A DNA stretch of 64,000 nucleotides. It comes from Fimbriimonadales bacterium. Lineage in GTDB: Bacteria > Armatimonadota > Fimbriimonadia > Fimbriimonadales > Fimbriimonadaceae. Below are positions 8,737 through 18,054 of this stretch, piece after piece. The stretch lies in assembly GCA_038216655.1 (NCBI GenBank), contig JBBQPZ010000011.1, positions 42,265-106,264 on the forward strand, written 5' to 3'. Position 1 is the stretch's first letter. Each line of letters begins with the position of its first letter. Made by a program: the position numbers and the translations under genes. The notes under the pieces were generated by a model. The model was not told the origin of the DNA. It saw nothing but the letters and a program-made list of their open reading frames with translations, and searched no databases.

Positions 8737-11700
8737 ATGCGGCTCAAGCGCGTCAAGATTTACGGGTTCAAGACCTTCGCCGACCGGACCGAATTCAACA
8801 TTGAAGGTGGTCTCGTTGCCGTCGTCGGTCCCAATGGGTGCGGGAAGTCCAACCTGGTCGACGCCATCCTTTGGGGGCTGGGCGAGGCGAACGCGCGTAA
8901 CCTCCGCGCTCCGAACTCGCAGGACGTCATCTTCTCCGGTTCCTCACGACGGAAGTCGCTGGGGTTCGCGGAAGTCAACCTGCTCTTCGACAATGAGGAC
9001 GGCTCGCTGCCCGTCCCGACCTCCGAAGTCTCCATCACCCGCCGGCTGACCCGCGCGGGGGAGAGCGAGTACTCGATCAACCGCCAGCCCTGCCGCCAGC
9101 GCGATATCTACGAGCTCCTCGCCGACTCCGGGCTCGGGCGGTCTGGCTACGCGATCGTCGGCCAGAAGGAGATCGACCAGGCCCTCTCCGCCAGCGCCGA
9201 GGAGCGACGCGCCTGGGTGGACGAAGCTGCGGGCGTGGTCCGGTACCGAACCCGCAAGCTCGACGCCCAGCGCCGCCTCGCCGCCGCGCGCGGGCATCTG
9301 GAACGCGTCGAGGATATCCTCCGCGAACTCTCGACCCAGCGCGAGCCGTTGCGTCGCGAAGCGGAAGCCGCGCGGGCGTATCGGTCGATCCTTGACAGCC
9401 TACGCGGCGTCGAGCGCGGACTCCTGATCCGCGAAGTCGCGAGCGCAGTTAGAGAGGTCGACGGCCTGCGAGAGTCCATCGAAGGCTCCACCCGCAAGGT
9501 CAAGGCCGAGATCGACCGGGCCGAGGGGCTGGACTTCGAGGTGCTCGCCATCGGCGAGGCGGTCAGCGAACTCGAACGCGAGATGGACGCGGTGCGCGGG
9601 CTGCAGCAGTCCAGCCTGACCGCGGTTGAGCGGGCGCAGGCCGAGGTCCGGCTGGGCGAGGAACGGCTTCGAGGCCTGGACGATCTTGAGCGTACGTTGC
9701 GGGACGAAACTGGATCAGCGGCGGGGCACTCGGAGGAGGCGATTCGTGAGGTTGAGACCCTCAAGGTCGACGAGGCCAGAGAAAGGCAGGCCCTGGACGG
9801 TCTGCGCGAGCAGACGCTCGGAGCAGACGCTGAACTGAAGGCGCTGACCGCAGCGCTCAAGACCGCCGAAATGGAACTCGGCGAGGCGCGACCGGCTCAT
9901 CAGAAGCTGTTGCGGCATCAGGCGGAAGCTGCGCATCGGCAGGAGCGGACCCGGCTCGTCCGCCGCGAACTCGCCGGGATCGGCGATGCGCTGCCAGAAA
10001 TCGAGGCTGCTGCCGCCGAGGCGGAAGCCGAGCGGGATCGCCTTGAGGCTTTGCGCCGTGCCGCAAGAACAAGTCTAGAACAAGCCGAATCTGAACTTGC
10101 CCAACACCGAGAGCAGGAAGCCGCCGAAGCAGGAGACCTCCGCAAGCTACTCGCCGAGCGGGCAACGATCGAAGGCCGCAAGCGGGGTGTGGAAGCCACC
10201 ATTGAAGCCCACGAGGGGTTGCCTCAGGGCCCCCGCGCGGTACTGGATGCGGCGCGAAGCGGCATCCTCCACGGCAGCTATCGGCCGGTCGGCGAGGCGG
10301 TTTCCGTCGGCAAGGAACTTGCGGTCGCCCTGGAGACCTCCCTCGGAGCGGCGGCGAACGACCTAATCGTTGACGATCCGAGCGAAGCGAAGTCTGCGGT
10401 CGCTTATCTTAAGGACAAGCGCCTTGGGCGGGCAACGTTCCAGCCCATTCCGCTGATGCGTCCCTCCGTGGTCACCCAGGACCTGCAGCGTGTGCTGCGC
10501 GAACCGGGGGTAGTTGGACGGGCGAGCGAACTCGCTGACTGCGAGCCGCGCGATCGGCCGGTGATCGATTCGCTTCTGGGTCGCGTCGTGATCGTCGAGG
10601 ACGTCGACATCGCGCTCGGCCTCGCTCGGACCACGGGATGGAGCCGGCTGGTGACCCTCGACGGGGAGGTCGTGCACCAGTCGGGTGCGGTGACCGGTGG
10701 CATCCAGTCAAAGGGTCACTACGGCCTCGTCCAGCGTGGTGCCGATCTGCAAGAGCTTGAGCGGCAGCTCAAGGCGATCGAGTCTCAGGTCGCCAAGCTA
10801 GAGAAGCTTGCCGCGGGCCACCGAAAGGGCCAAGACGATCTTGCGACTCAAATTGTCGCCCTCCGAGAAGCCCTGAAGTCGGCCTCCGAGGAAGAGCGCG
10901 AGGCGGCCGACCTTGCCCGCGTCCTGCGGCAGGAGCACGACGAGGCGATTCGCTCCCGCGCCAAGCTGGAGCGCGAGGCCACTGGCCTCCGCGATGCCGA
11001 TCAGCAGTCTCCCGAGCCGGTCGATGTGGCGGTGTTCGAGGCAAAGCGCGAGCAGGCGCAGGACGCCTTCAACCGACTTTCGGATCGGGCACAGCAGTCG
11101 GCGCTGTGGCTGCGCGAGGGCGAAGGGCGCCTCCAGCAGGCGGAGTCTCGGCGCAAGCAAGCCGAGCGACGGCTTGAGGCCAGCGGCGAGGCCGAGGAGA
11201 AGCGGGCTAAGCGTCTCGCCGGGATCGAGCCTGAGCGTGCGTCGATCCGGGCGGAGATCGAGCGCCAGGCGGCTGCCAAGGCCTCCGCCGAAAATGCGTC
11301 CTTGCGGGCTCAGGAGCGGCTGACTGAGTTGCAGGCGGCGAAGCAAGCGAAGCTCGAGCAGAGCCTCGATCTGGCGGAGGAGGCCAAGAGCGCTCGCTCG
11401 AACGCGACGGCGATCGGCGAGGCGGTCCACCAGGCCGAGTTGAATCGAGCCCGGGCGGACGCGCGTCGGGCGAACGCGTTGACTCGGTTGGTCGAGGACT
11501 ACTCGCTCGATGAAGACGATGCGCTGGCCCAGTCCGATTCGATCGAGCTGCCGCCGGACGCGGCTTCGATGGTGGCGCGTCTTCGGCGTGAGCTGAAGTC
11601 GATGGGCGACGTAAACCTGGGGGCGATCGAGGCTTTCGATCGGCTATCCGAGCGTTTCGACGAGATGTCGGCCCAGCAGGAGGACATCCTTGGTGGCATC

Positions 11701-12264
11701 GCCCAGGTCGAGGCGAGCATCGCGCAGCTCGACATCCAGACCCGCGAGCGGTTCATGTCGACGTTCACCCAGCTCCAAGTCACGTTCGGCGAGTTCTTCG
11801 TGAAGCTGTTTGGCGGCGGAGAAGGGAAGATTTCTCTTTCCGATTCGGCGAACGTGCTCGACTCCGGGGTTGACCTCGAGGTCACGTTGCCGGGCAAGAA
11901 GCGGCAGGCGTTGGCTCTGCTTAGCGGTGGCGAGCGGTCGCTCTGCGCGACCGCGTTTCTCTTCGGCCTACTGAAGATCAAGCCGTCGCCGCTGGTGGTT
12001 TTGGACGAGGTCGATGCGCCTCTGGATGGTCGGAACGTCGAGCGGTTCGCGGATCTGCTCCGGGAGTTCACGGATCGGATCCAGTTCATCGTGATCACCC
12101 ACAACCACGCCACGATCGTCCGCGCCGACGTCTGGCTCGGGGTGACGATGCAGGAGCCGGGCGTTTCGACTCTGGTTCCGGCCAAGGCACCGGACGTAGT
12201 CGCGCCGTTGGCGGAGCAAGCTCCCGAGAGTATCGGCTTGAACCTCGCCCTCGAGCCGTCGTAG
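8737..12264 (+). CDS. smc: Chromosome partition protein SMC
   Basis: 1175 aa. N-terminal 'IYGFKTFADRTEFNIEGGLVAVVGPNGCGKSNLVDAI' contains Walker A. It has long Ala/Glu/Arg coiled coils and a central hinge, plus C-terminal 'LSGGERSL' and Walker B 'LVVLDEVDAPLD'. Confidence 0.97.
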   Translation: MRLKRVKIYGFKTFADRTEFNIEGGLVAVVGPNGCGKSNLVDAILWGLGEANARNLRAPNSQDVIFSGSSRRKSLGFAEVNLLFDNEDGSLPVPTSEVSITRRLTRAGESEYSINRQPCRQRDIYELLADSGLGRSGYAIVGQKEIDQALSASAEERRAWVDEAAGVVRYRTRKLDAQRRLAAARGHLERVEDILRELSTQREPLRREAEAARAYRSILDSLRGVERGLLIREVASAVREVDGLRESIEGSTRKVKAEIDRAEGLDFEVLAIGEAVSELEREMDAVRGLQQSSLTAVERAQAEVRLGEERLRGLDDLERTLRDETGSAAGHSEEAIREVETLKVDEARERQALDGLREQTLGADAELKALTAALKTAEMELGEARPAHQKLLRHQAEAAHRQERTRLVRRELAGIGDALPEIEAAAAEAEAERDRLEALRRAARTSLEQAESELAQHREQEAAEAGDLRKLLAERATIEGRKRGVEATIEAHEGLPQGPRAVLDAARSGILHGSYRPVGEAVSVGKELAVALETSLGAAANDLIVDDPSEAKSAVAYLKDKRLGRATFQPIPLMRPSVVTQDLQRVLREPGVVGRASELADCEPRDRPVIDSLLGRVVIVEDVDIALGLARTTGWSRLVTLDGEVVHQSGAVTGGIQSKGHYGLVQRGADLQELERQLKAIESQVAKLEKLAAGHRKGQDDLATQIVALREALKSASEEEREAADLARVLRQEHDEAIRSRAKLEREATGLRDADQQSPEPVDVAVFEAKREQAQDAFNRLSDRAQQSALWLREGEGRLQQAESRRKQAERRLEASGEAEEKRAKRLAGIEPERASIRAEIERQAAAKASAENASLRAQERLTELQAAKQAKLEQSLDLAEEAKSARSNATAIGEAVHQAELNRARADARRANALTRLVEDYSLDEDDALAQSDSIELPPDAASMVARLRRELKSMGDVNLGAIEAFDRLSERFDEMSAQQEDILGGIAQVEASIAQLDIQTRERFMSTFTQLQVTFGEFFVKLFGGGEGKISLSDSANVLDSGVDLEVTLPGKKRQALALLSGGERSLCATAFLFGLLKIKPSPLVVLDEVDAPLDGRNVERFADLLREFTDRIQFIVITHNHATIVRADVWLGVTMQEPGVSTLVPAKAPDVVAPLAEQAPESIGLNLALEPS

Positions 12265-13057
12265 GTCCATCTCAAAGTAGCCGAGTTACTCACGCGGTCA
12301 TCGGTAGTCGAGTCCCCGAGCTGGGGTTTGCCAGGTTGCGAACTCACTCGGTTAGGTTCAACTCTCACGAACTCACTCTCACTTTGCACTACCAGTGCTT
12401 ACCCACGTTGGCAATCCGGCAAGTCTTCGGAGCTGCGGCGCTTTGCCCAGATTTCCGTTCTTTGTTCTCGCCACACCTATAGGAGCGTGAGGTCGATTCT
12501 TGTCAACCAGTCGGAAGGCGGGATCTTCAGTTTCGGGGTTTTGGGGGGCAGGGTGATTTGGTTCTGTCGTCTTGCGTGATCTGGCACCCCTTCAGGGTGC
12601 GGAAATGGGGCGGCGATACCCCGGGTCGCCGGAGCGACCGCGGGGCTAATATCTGCGACCCCGTTGGGGTCGAGAGATCGTCGGGGATAGGGGGACTATA
12701 CGTCCGGATGCGGTGTCTAGGCTCACGCTTTCGAAGGTGGTCAAGGTGGTCAAGGTGGTCAGGGCCGACTTGGATACGCCTAAGGGTTGTTGAGGGTGGT
12801 ACGCCATTGGTGTGTTTGGGTGGGGAGACCAGCGCCTCCGATAGGTCCCTCCACGCGTCGGCCAGCGGGCTAGAGACGAAGTGCCACGGGTGGGCGGACT
12901 GGGTCGGAATGAGTTGATTTGGACGAGCGGCAACGCCGAATGCACGGGTTGCCGGGAACGCCGCATCAATCGAGAAGCATTCCGAGCCAGATGTGTCGTT
13001 CGACCCTCAGCCCGGAGTGTGGGATGGGGTTCGTGATACGCTGATCCCATCGACCGT

Positions 13058-13732
13058 ATGCCCGAACACGAATATCCGTCGAGTCGACCGATTCTGTCCT
13101 TCGAGAATTGGCTCCAGCTAGCTCTGTCGGGCGAGGGCACCAAGGTTGAAGACGCAGTCCTCATGGGTTCAGCTGACCCTGAAGTGCGGCCCGCGTACGC
13201 GGAATATGTGCTCTGGACCTGGGAGAATCCTGCGGAGATTCTGCTGGCTCGCTTTGACCTGGAGCGCATTGCAGAATTTCTTCGACCGGGTGACCAAATT
13301 TACATGGACCCCGGGCTTCCTCGATCGCTGCGAAATCGTGCTTGGCTAGCGCTTGGCAACGTGTTCCATCGGATATTTGAGCCCAACGTCGGGAATTATC
13401 TAAGCCACCGAAACGAGTCTGCGCCCGCATGCAAGGCCCTGCACGAAGTTTGCTATATGTGGTGGGACGTCTCTTACTACTACCCTGGTTCGTCAGCGGC
13501 GGAGGAGGATGATCATCGCGCATTCCTGGCGCTCTGCTCCCGGTGCCTTCAGTCTCCGAGCGCTGCGGTCCAAGAGTCGGCCCTGCACGGCTTGGGGCAT
13601 GCAGTCAGCGGCACCAAGTGGATAGAGCCACCGGTTCACAAGATGATCGATGCCTATCTTTCTTCTGGGAAAGTGGGGCGGAAGGAGCTTGTGGGCTACG
13701 CAAGGCGGGCCAGGCGCGGCTCCGTTTTGTGA
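13058..13732 (+). CDS. Hypothetical protein (accessory patch)
   Basis: 224-aa ORF with protein-like composition (MPEHEYPSSRPILSFENWLQLALSGEG...WWDVSYYYPGSS...). I recognise no motif. It is flanked by repeat clusters. Confidence 0.5.
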   Translation: MPEHEYPSSRPILSFENWLQLALSGEGTKVEDAVLMGSADPEVRPAYAEYVLWTWENPAEILLARFDLERIAEFLRPGDQIYMDPGLPRSLRNRAWLALGNVFHRIFEPNVGNYLSHRNESAPACKALHEVCYMWWDVSYYYPGSSAAEEDDHRAFLALCSRCLQSPSAAVQESALHGLGHAVSGTKWIEPPVHKMIDAYLSSGKVGRKELVGYARRARRGSVL

Positions 13733-13861
13733 AATTTGGGGCTGTTCGGAGACTTCCATTCTTCAAGCCGTGTATTGCGGGGTCCTTCGACTTTGCACGT
13801 TACTTTGGCTTGGCGCGTCGCCTGGGTTGGCTGTCAACCTTGACTTATTTATTTTTTGGTT

Positions 13862-14161
13862 CGTCATCCTGGGGGAGTTGATGAGCCTTAGCGAGTCGAC
13901 CCAGTCGAAGGATCACTGACTAAGCCTCCGCCTTCTTGCGAATCTGTGCGCTCGCTGAGAGTCGGAGACGGGACTAAGGATCCTTCGCCTTCGCTGCCTT
14001 CGCCTGGGCTCGGCGCTACGCTCTCTGGATGACGGACCCAAAGGTAGACATCAGGCACGCGCTCGCAGAGAGTCGGAGACTGTACTGAGGATCCTTCGGC
14101 TTCGCTGCCTTCGCTTGGGCTCGGCGCTACGCTCTCTGGATGACGGACCCAAAGGTAGACA
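13862..14161. repeat. Palindromic repeat family A cluster: one left half plus two tandem ~103-nt right-half copies
   Basis: 13862-13920 reads CGTCATCCTGGGGGAGTTGATGAGCCTTAGCGAGTCGA...GGATCACTGAC. Copies at 13948-14050 and 14059-14161 (period 111 nt) differ at only a few positions and end ...CGCTCTCTGGATGACGGACCCAAAGGTAGACA. Confidence 0.85.
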
Positions 14162-14218
14162 AATGAAGCTTGACAGGGTCATTATCTGCGACCCCTCTGG
14201 GGTCGGGAATCGACCGGG

Positions 14219-14863
14219 CTAGGGGACCTTCCGTCCGGGTGCGGGATAGAGGCTCACGCCTTCGAAGGTTGTCCAGGTGTAGGGGCATGAAGTGACGGTC
14301 ACAGTTACCAGATCTTCAGACCTGCCGTCGAAGAAGTAGATGAGTTCGCCTTGAACAGCGGAGCCGCCTTCATCGAATTTACGACCCTTGGAGTCAAATG
14401 CATGAAACTGGACGCCTCGCGCAGAGAGGTCTTGGGAAAGGGTGAAGTGGATTCCCCACCGGTTGGAGTTGGACGCGACCTTCCAGCGAACAATCTTAAG
14501 ACGAATACCGTTCTTCGATGCGGAAGATTGTCCTTGGCGGATGGCAAAGCGAGCGTCTTGTTTCCAAGGGCCGTCAGCAAGTCCGACGGCAATGTTGACC
14601 TTCTTTACCTGTCTATCCACGCTCCACAGACAAGTCGCAAACCAATCGTCTTCCGCAGCCTTCGGGTCAAATCCTTTTAGGACCGTATTGGCACCCGCAT
14701 TGATCCGGGTGGGATCACCTCCGATCCTGAAGATTATCTGCGGGTTCCACTGATTTAGAACCCTCGAATACCGGAGCTCAATACGACGATCTTCAGGGTC
14801 GGACCCTTCATGGAGGCCGCGAGGAGGAGGCACGTGAATTGCGCCATCGGGTCCCCAGGCCAT
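14219..14863 (-). CDS. Hypothetical protein (accessory patch, beta-rich composition)
   Basis: 214-aa ORF beginning MAWGPDGAIHVPPPRGLHEG..., with an in-frame TGA 8 codons upstream. GC looks lower than in neighbouring core genes. The C-terminal 'TWTTFEGVSLYPAPGRKVP' has a degenerate copy at about 12660-12745. Confidence 0.5.
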   Translation of the reverse strand: MAWGPDGAIHVPPPRGLHEGSDPEDRRIELRYSRVLNQWNPQIIFRIGGDPTRINAGANTVLKGFDPKAAEDDWFATCLWSVDRQVKKVNIAVGLADGPWKQDARFAIRQGQSSASKNGIRLKIVRWKVASNSNRWGIHFTLSQDLSARGVQFHAFDSKGRKFDEGGSAVQGELIYFFDGRSEDLVTVTVTSCPYTWTTFEGVSLYPAPGRKVP

Positions 14864-15371
14864 TTTGTCGAGAACTGCAAGATCGATTCAACGTGGAGGT
14901 TCCGAACATTGCCGATCGTTACACTAGCGGTGGCTGGCACGTGGCGTGGGGGTGACGCGGCGAGGAGGATTGCGAAGGCCAGTATGGGGTTAGGATAACA
15001 CTCATTGCTGGTTCTGCGGCCCTAACACAGAATGGGTGGTTGGGAGACGGGCCCGTGGCGCTTCCTGTCAGGTCCCTCCGCGCGTCCGCCTGCGGATGAG
15101 TGTTAAACATTCGGTCGGGTGGGCGGACTTGGTCGGGATGACAAGCTACGCACCAGCAGCAATTCTGACGCACGGCTTGCCGGGAAACGGCTCCAGCCCC
15201 CAGTCAATTCCACACCCGGACAAGCCGTGGCACCCCCAAACGGTCGTCAGCCGACCGACAGGAGGGGCGGTGTTCCGCCATTACCGGAATCTCCATCCCC
15301 CGGCCCCTTCCTCTTCCAGCGCACAATCATCGCCGCAAAAGGAAGGGGAGTCGCGCGGGGTAAACCTGGCT

Positions 15372-16487
15372 ATGCATCCCGACTTCCTTCCCACCGGCCA
15401 ACCGACCGTCGGCACTCGCCGGAGCTACGGATCGCTTCCCGAGGATCAGCGGCTTGGCGTCGGGGTGATCGGGCTTCACGAAGGGCATACGATGTTGGTG
15501 GCGCTTCGGGCGAGTGGGTTGTGCCGGGCGGTCGCCGGTTGCGATCTCTCGGAAGAGAAGCGAACGGCGGCAAGGGAAGCTGCGCCGCAGATCGAGGTTT
15601 ATGAGGACTACGACGCGATGTTGGCGCGGGAGGACGTGCGCATCGTGGCGATTTACACGCCGGACTCGTTCCATGCCGAGCACATCGCTAAGGCGTTTCG
15701 GGCGGGGAAGGATGTGATCTGCACCAAGCCGCTCATCAACAATCCCGAGGAGGCGGATGCGCTCCGACACGCGGCGCGGGAGAGCGGGTGTCGGCTTCAG
15801 GTGGGTCAGAGTACGCGGTTTTACGAGCCATTCCAGCGGCAGCGGGAGGAGTTTGAAAAGGGGGCTTTGGGTGAGATTGAGGTGGTGGACGCGCACTACA
15901 ACCACCGAATGGATTGGTATTACGAAAAGTCTCCCTGGACGGTGACGGATACGCACTGGGCGTATTTGGGTTTGAGTCACCCGGTCGACTTGGTGCGCTG
16001 GTACCTCGGGCCGATCGCGTCGGTGCATGCGGTTGGGACGATTACTTCACTTGGCTCGCGATACGGGGCTAAGACGCCGGACGCGATTTGCGTGAATCTG
16101 GTGGCGGAGTCGGGGCGGATTGGCAGGGTGATGGGTAACTACGGGTTCCACGAGCTTCCGAAGGCGCGGGCGTTGATCGAGTGCTTCCTGATGGGCGCTT
16201 CCGGTTCATCGCTGGCGCGGTATCCCGATTTGCGCTTCACCCGGCACGACGAGAGGGGTGTCGAGATCGAAGAGGACTTCCACCACGCGATGTCCGGCTA
16301 CTACTTCCGCCACGAACTGAAGGGGATGCACTACGGGGAGTTCTGCAACTACGCGGACTACTTCGCGGCGCGGCTGCTCTCGAGAGAAGTGAATTCGCCG
16401 GATCTTGAAGAGGGGTTGTCGAGCGTGGCGGTGATGCGGGCGATTGTGCGTTCTTTGGAGACCGGACAATCTGAGCGGGTGGTCTAG
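15372..16487 (+). CDS. Gfo/Idh/MocA family NAD(P)-dependent oxidoreductase
   Basis: From the internal ATG at 15372 (MHPDFLPTG...). 'LGVGVIGLHEGHTMLVAL' is the Rossmann N-terminus and 'DVICTKPL' is the family EKP-like motif. The 112 codons upstream in the track ORF lie across repeat elements. Confidence 0.8.
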   Translation: MHPDFLPTGQPTVGTRRSYGSLPEDQRLGVGVIGLHEGHTMLVALRASGLCRAVAGCDLSEEKRTAAREAAPQIEVYEDYDAMLAREDVRIVAIYTPDSFHAEHIAKAFRAGKDVICTKPLINNPEEADALRHAARESGCRLQVGQSTRFYEPFQRQREEFEKGALGEIEVVDAHYNHRMDWYYEKSPWTVTDTHWAYLGLSHPVDLVRWYLGPIASVHAVGTITSLGSRYGAKTPDAICVNLVAESGRIGRVMGNYGFHELPKARALIECFLMGASGSSLARYPDLRFTRHDERGVEIEEDFHHAMSGYYFRHELKGMHYGEFCNYADYFAARLLSREVNSPDLEEGLSSVAVMRAIVRSLETGQSERVV

Positions 16488-16558
16488 CACTCTGCCGCTG
16501 ACCTAAAGTTCCCGTCATCCTCAGTAGCCTGTCAAGCGTCATTTAATACTTTTGGGGT

Positions 16559-16731
16559 CCGTCATCCAGAGCGGAGTCGATGAGCTCTAGCGAGTCGAAG
16601 TAGTCGAAGGATCACTGACAAAGCTCCCGACTTATAGAAGCGGCGCGCACGCAGAGAGTCGGAGACTGGACTGAGGATCCTTCGACTTCGCTGCCATCGC
16701 TAAGGCTCATCGACTCCGCTCTGGATGACGG
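16559..16731. repeat. Repeat family A, complete MITE-like unit with perfect 27-nt terminal inverted repeats
   Basis: CCGTCATCCAGAGCGGAGTCGATGAGC at 16559 pairs with GCTCATCGACTCCGCTCTGGATGACGG ending at 16731. A further partial copy (…CCTTCGACTTCGTGCCCTTCGCTAGGGCTCGGGCACTGCGCTCAGGATGACGG) follows at about 16766-16828. Confidence 0.85.
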
Positions 16732-16843
16732 CTGCCACGATTCCAAGGGGGACGTTGGGATCCGGGGTCCTTCGACTTCGTGCCCTTCGCTAGGGCTCGG
16801 GCACTGCGCTCAGGATGACGGTCAACTGTTTGGCTTGGTCTTG

Positions 16844-18004
16844 CTACTTCGGAATCGCGATCCATCCCCTAGATGCATGGCTCCTCTCCACTGCGTCGAG
16901 AACCACCTGATTGCGATAGCCATCTTCGAAGCTGGGGGTGATGGGGGTGCCGTTGCCGATGGCGGTCATGGCGTCGGCGATGAGGTTGATGAAGGTGTGC
17001 TCGTAGCCGATGATGTGGGCGACGGGCCAGTAGTGGCCGGCGTAGGGGTGGGAGCCTTCGGTGGCTTGGATCAAAGTGAAGCCGTGGGTCTTTTCCGGCA
17101 CGTCGTTGTCGTAAAACTCGAGCTCGTTCATCTTCTCCTGGTTGAAGACGATGGAGCCGCGGCTGCCGTTGATCTCGATGCGGTTGTGGTTCTTGCGTCC
17201 GACCGCGAAGCGGGACGCCTCGAAGGTGCCGAGGGCACCGTTGCGGAATTTGGCGAGGAACATCGCGGCGTCGTCGACGGTGACATCGCCCATCTCTTGG
17301 CTGGCCTTTGCACCAAGGCGGTCGTCGACCTCACCCGCGAGGGGGCGCTTCTTGATGAAGGTGTGGAGGGTGCCAGTGACTTCCTCGAACTCGCCGACGA
17401 GGTAGCGGGCGAGGTCGATGATGTGGGCGTTGATGTCGCCGTGCGCGCCCGAGCCCGCCTTCTCCTTCTGGAGACGCCAGACGAGGGGGAAGTTGGGGTC
17501 GGCGATCCAGTCCTGAAGGTACACGGCGCGGACGTGGTAGATCGTGCCGAGGCGGCCCTCTTCGATGAGCTGCTTGGCGAGGGCGACGGCGGGGACTTTG
17601 CGGTAGTTGTGGAAGATGCCGTTCGGGACGCCCGCGGCTTTGACCGCTTCGTACATGGCGGTGGCTTCGGCGAGGGTATTGCCGAGCGGCTTTTCGCAGA
17701 GGACGGCCTTGCCCGCTTGGGCGGCGGCGATGGCGATCTCGTAGTGGGAGTCGCCGGGGGTGGAGACGTCGATGACGTCGATCTCGGGGTCTTCGATCAC
17801 CTTGCGCCAGTCGGTGGCGTAGCTCTCCCAGCCGAGTTGACCGGCGGCGGCGCTGACCGCGGCTTCGTTGCGGCCGCAGATCGTCTTCATGCGGACGTCG
17901 ACCGGGAGGTCGAAGAAGCGGCCCACCTGCCGGTAGGCGTTGGAGTGGGCCTTGCCCATGAACTGGTAGCCGATGAGACCGACGTTAATCGTGCGCTTTG
18001 CCAT
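16844..18004 (-). CDS. Gfo/Idh/MocA family oxidoreductase
   Basis: 386 aa. 'INVGLIGYQFMGKAHSNAY' is the Rossmann N-terminus and 'AVLCEKPL' is the motif. A C-terminal alpha/beta domain is present. Confidence 0.88.
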   Translation of the reverse strand: MAKRTINVGLIGYQFMGKAHSNAYRQVGRFFDLPVDVRMKTICGRNEAAVSAAAGQLGWESYATDWRKVIEDPEIDVIDVSTPGDSHYEIAIAAAQAGKAVLCEKPLGNTLAEATAMYEAVKAAGVPNGIFHNYRKVPAVALAKQLIEEGRLGTIYHVRAVYLQDWIADPNFPLVWRLQKEKAGSGAHGDINAHIIDLARYLVGEFEEVTGTLHTFIKKRPLAGEVDDRLGAKASQEMGDVTVDDAAMFLAKFRNGALGTFEASRFAVGRKNHNRIEINGSRGSIVFNQEKMNELEFYDNDVPEKTHGFTLIQATEGSHPYAGHYWPVAHIIGYEHTFINLIADAMTAIGNGTPITPSFEDGYRNQVVLDAVERSHASRGWIAIPK

Positions 18005-18054
18005 GATCGGCTATCAGTATGACCCGACGGCTGGCCTTTCGGCCGACCGAGAGG

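Noticed and set aside
12646-13269. 207-aa minus-strand ORF in the smc-downstream repeat region
   Set aside because: The translation is Ser/Arg/Pro-rich. It overlaps the better-looking plus-strand ORF 13058-13732. Only its tail resembles anything, namely the duplicated gene-end fragment reported separately.
13948-14161. Tandem repeats here and the heptamer array at 22789-22896, considered as CRISPR arrays
   Set aside because: There is no repeat/unique-spacer alternation. One case is two adjacent ~103-nt copies and the other is a 7-nt microsatellite. No cas genes are present in the window.
15036-15371. N-terminal 112-codon extension of the oxidoreductase ORF (track start 15036)
   Set aside because: The extension lies entirely across dispersed repeat elements (family C and the 18-kb inverted-repeat arm). 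The Rossmann fold begins shortly after the internal ATG at 15372.
16835-18022. 395-aa plus-strand ORF antisense to the Gfo/Idh/MocA gene
   Set aside because: It mirrors a motif-bearing minus-strand gene almost exactly. The translation is Gly/Asp/Val/Ala-rich with no features, which is the classic shadow-ORF pattern.
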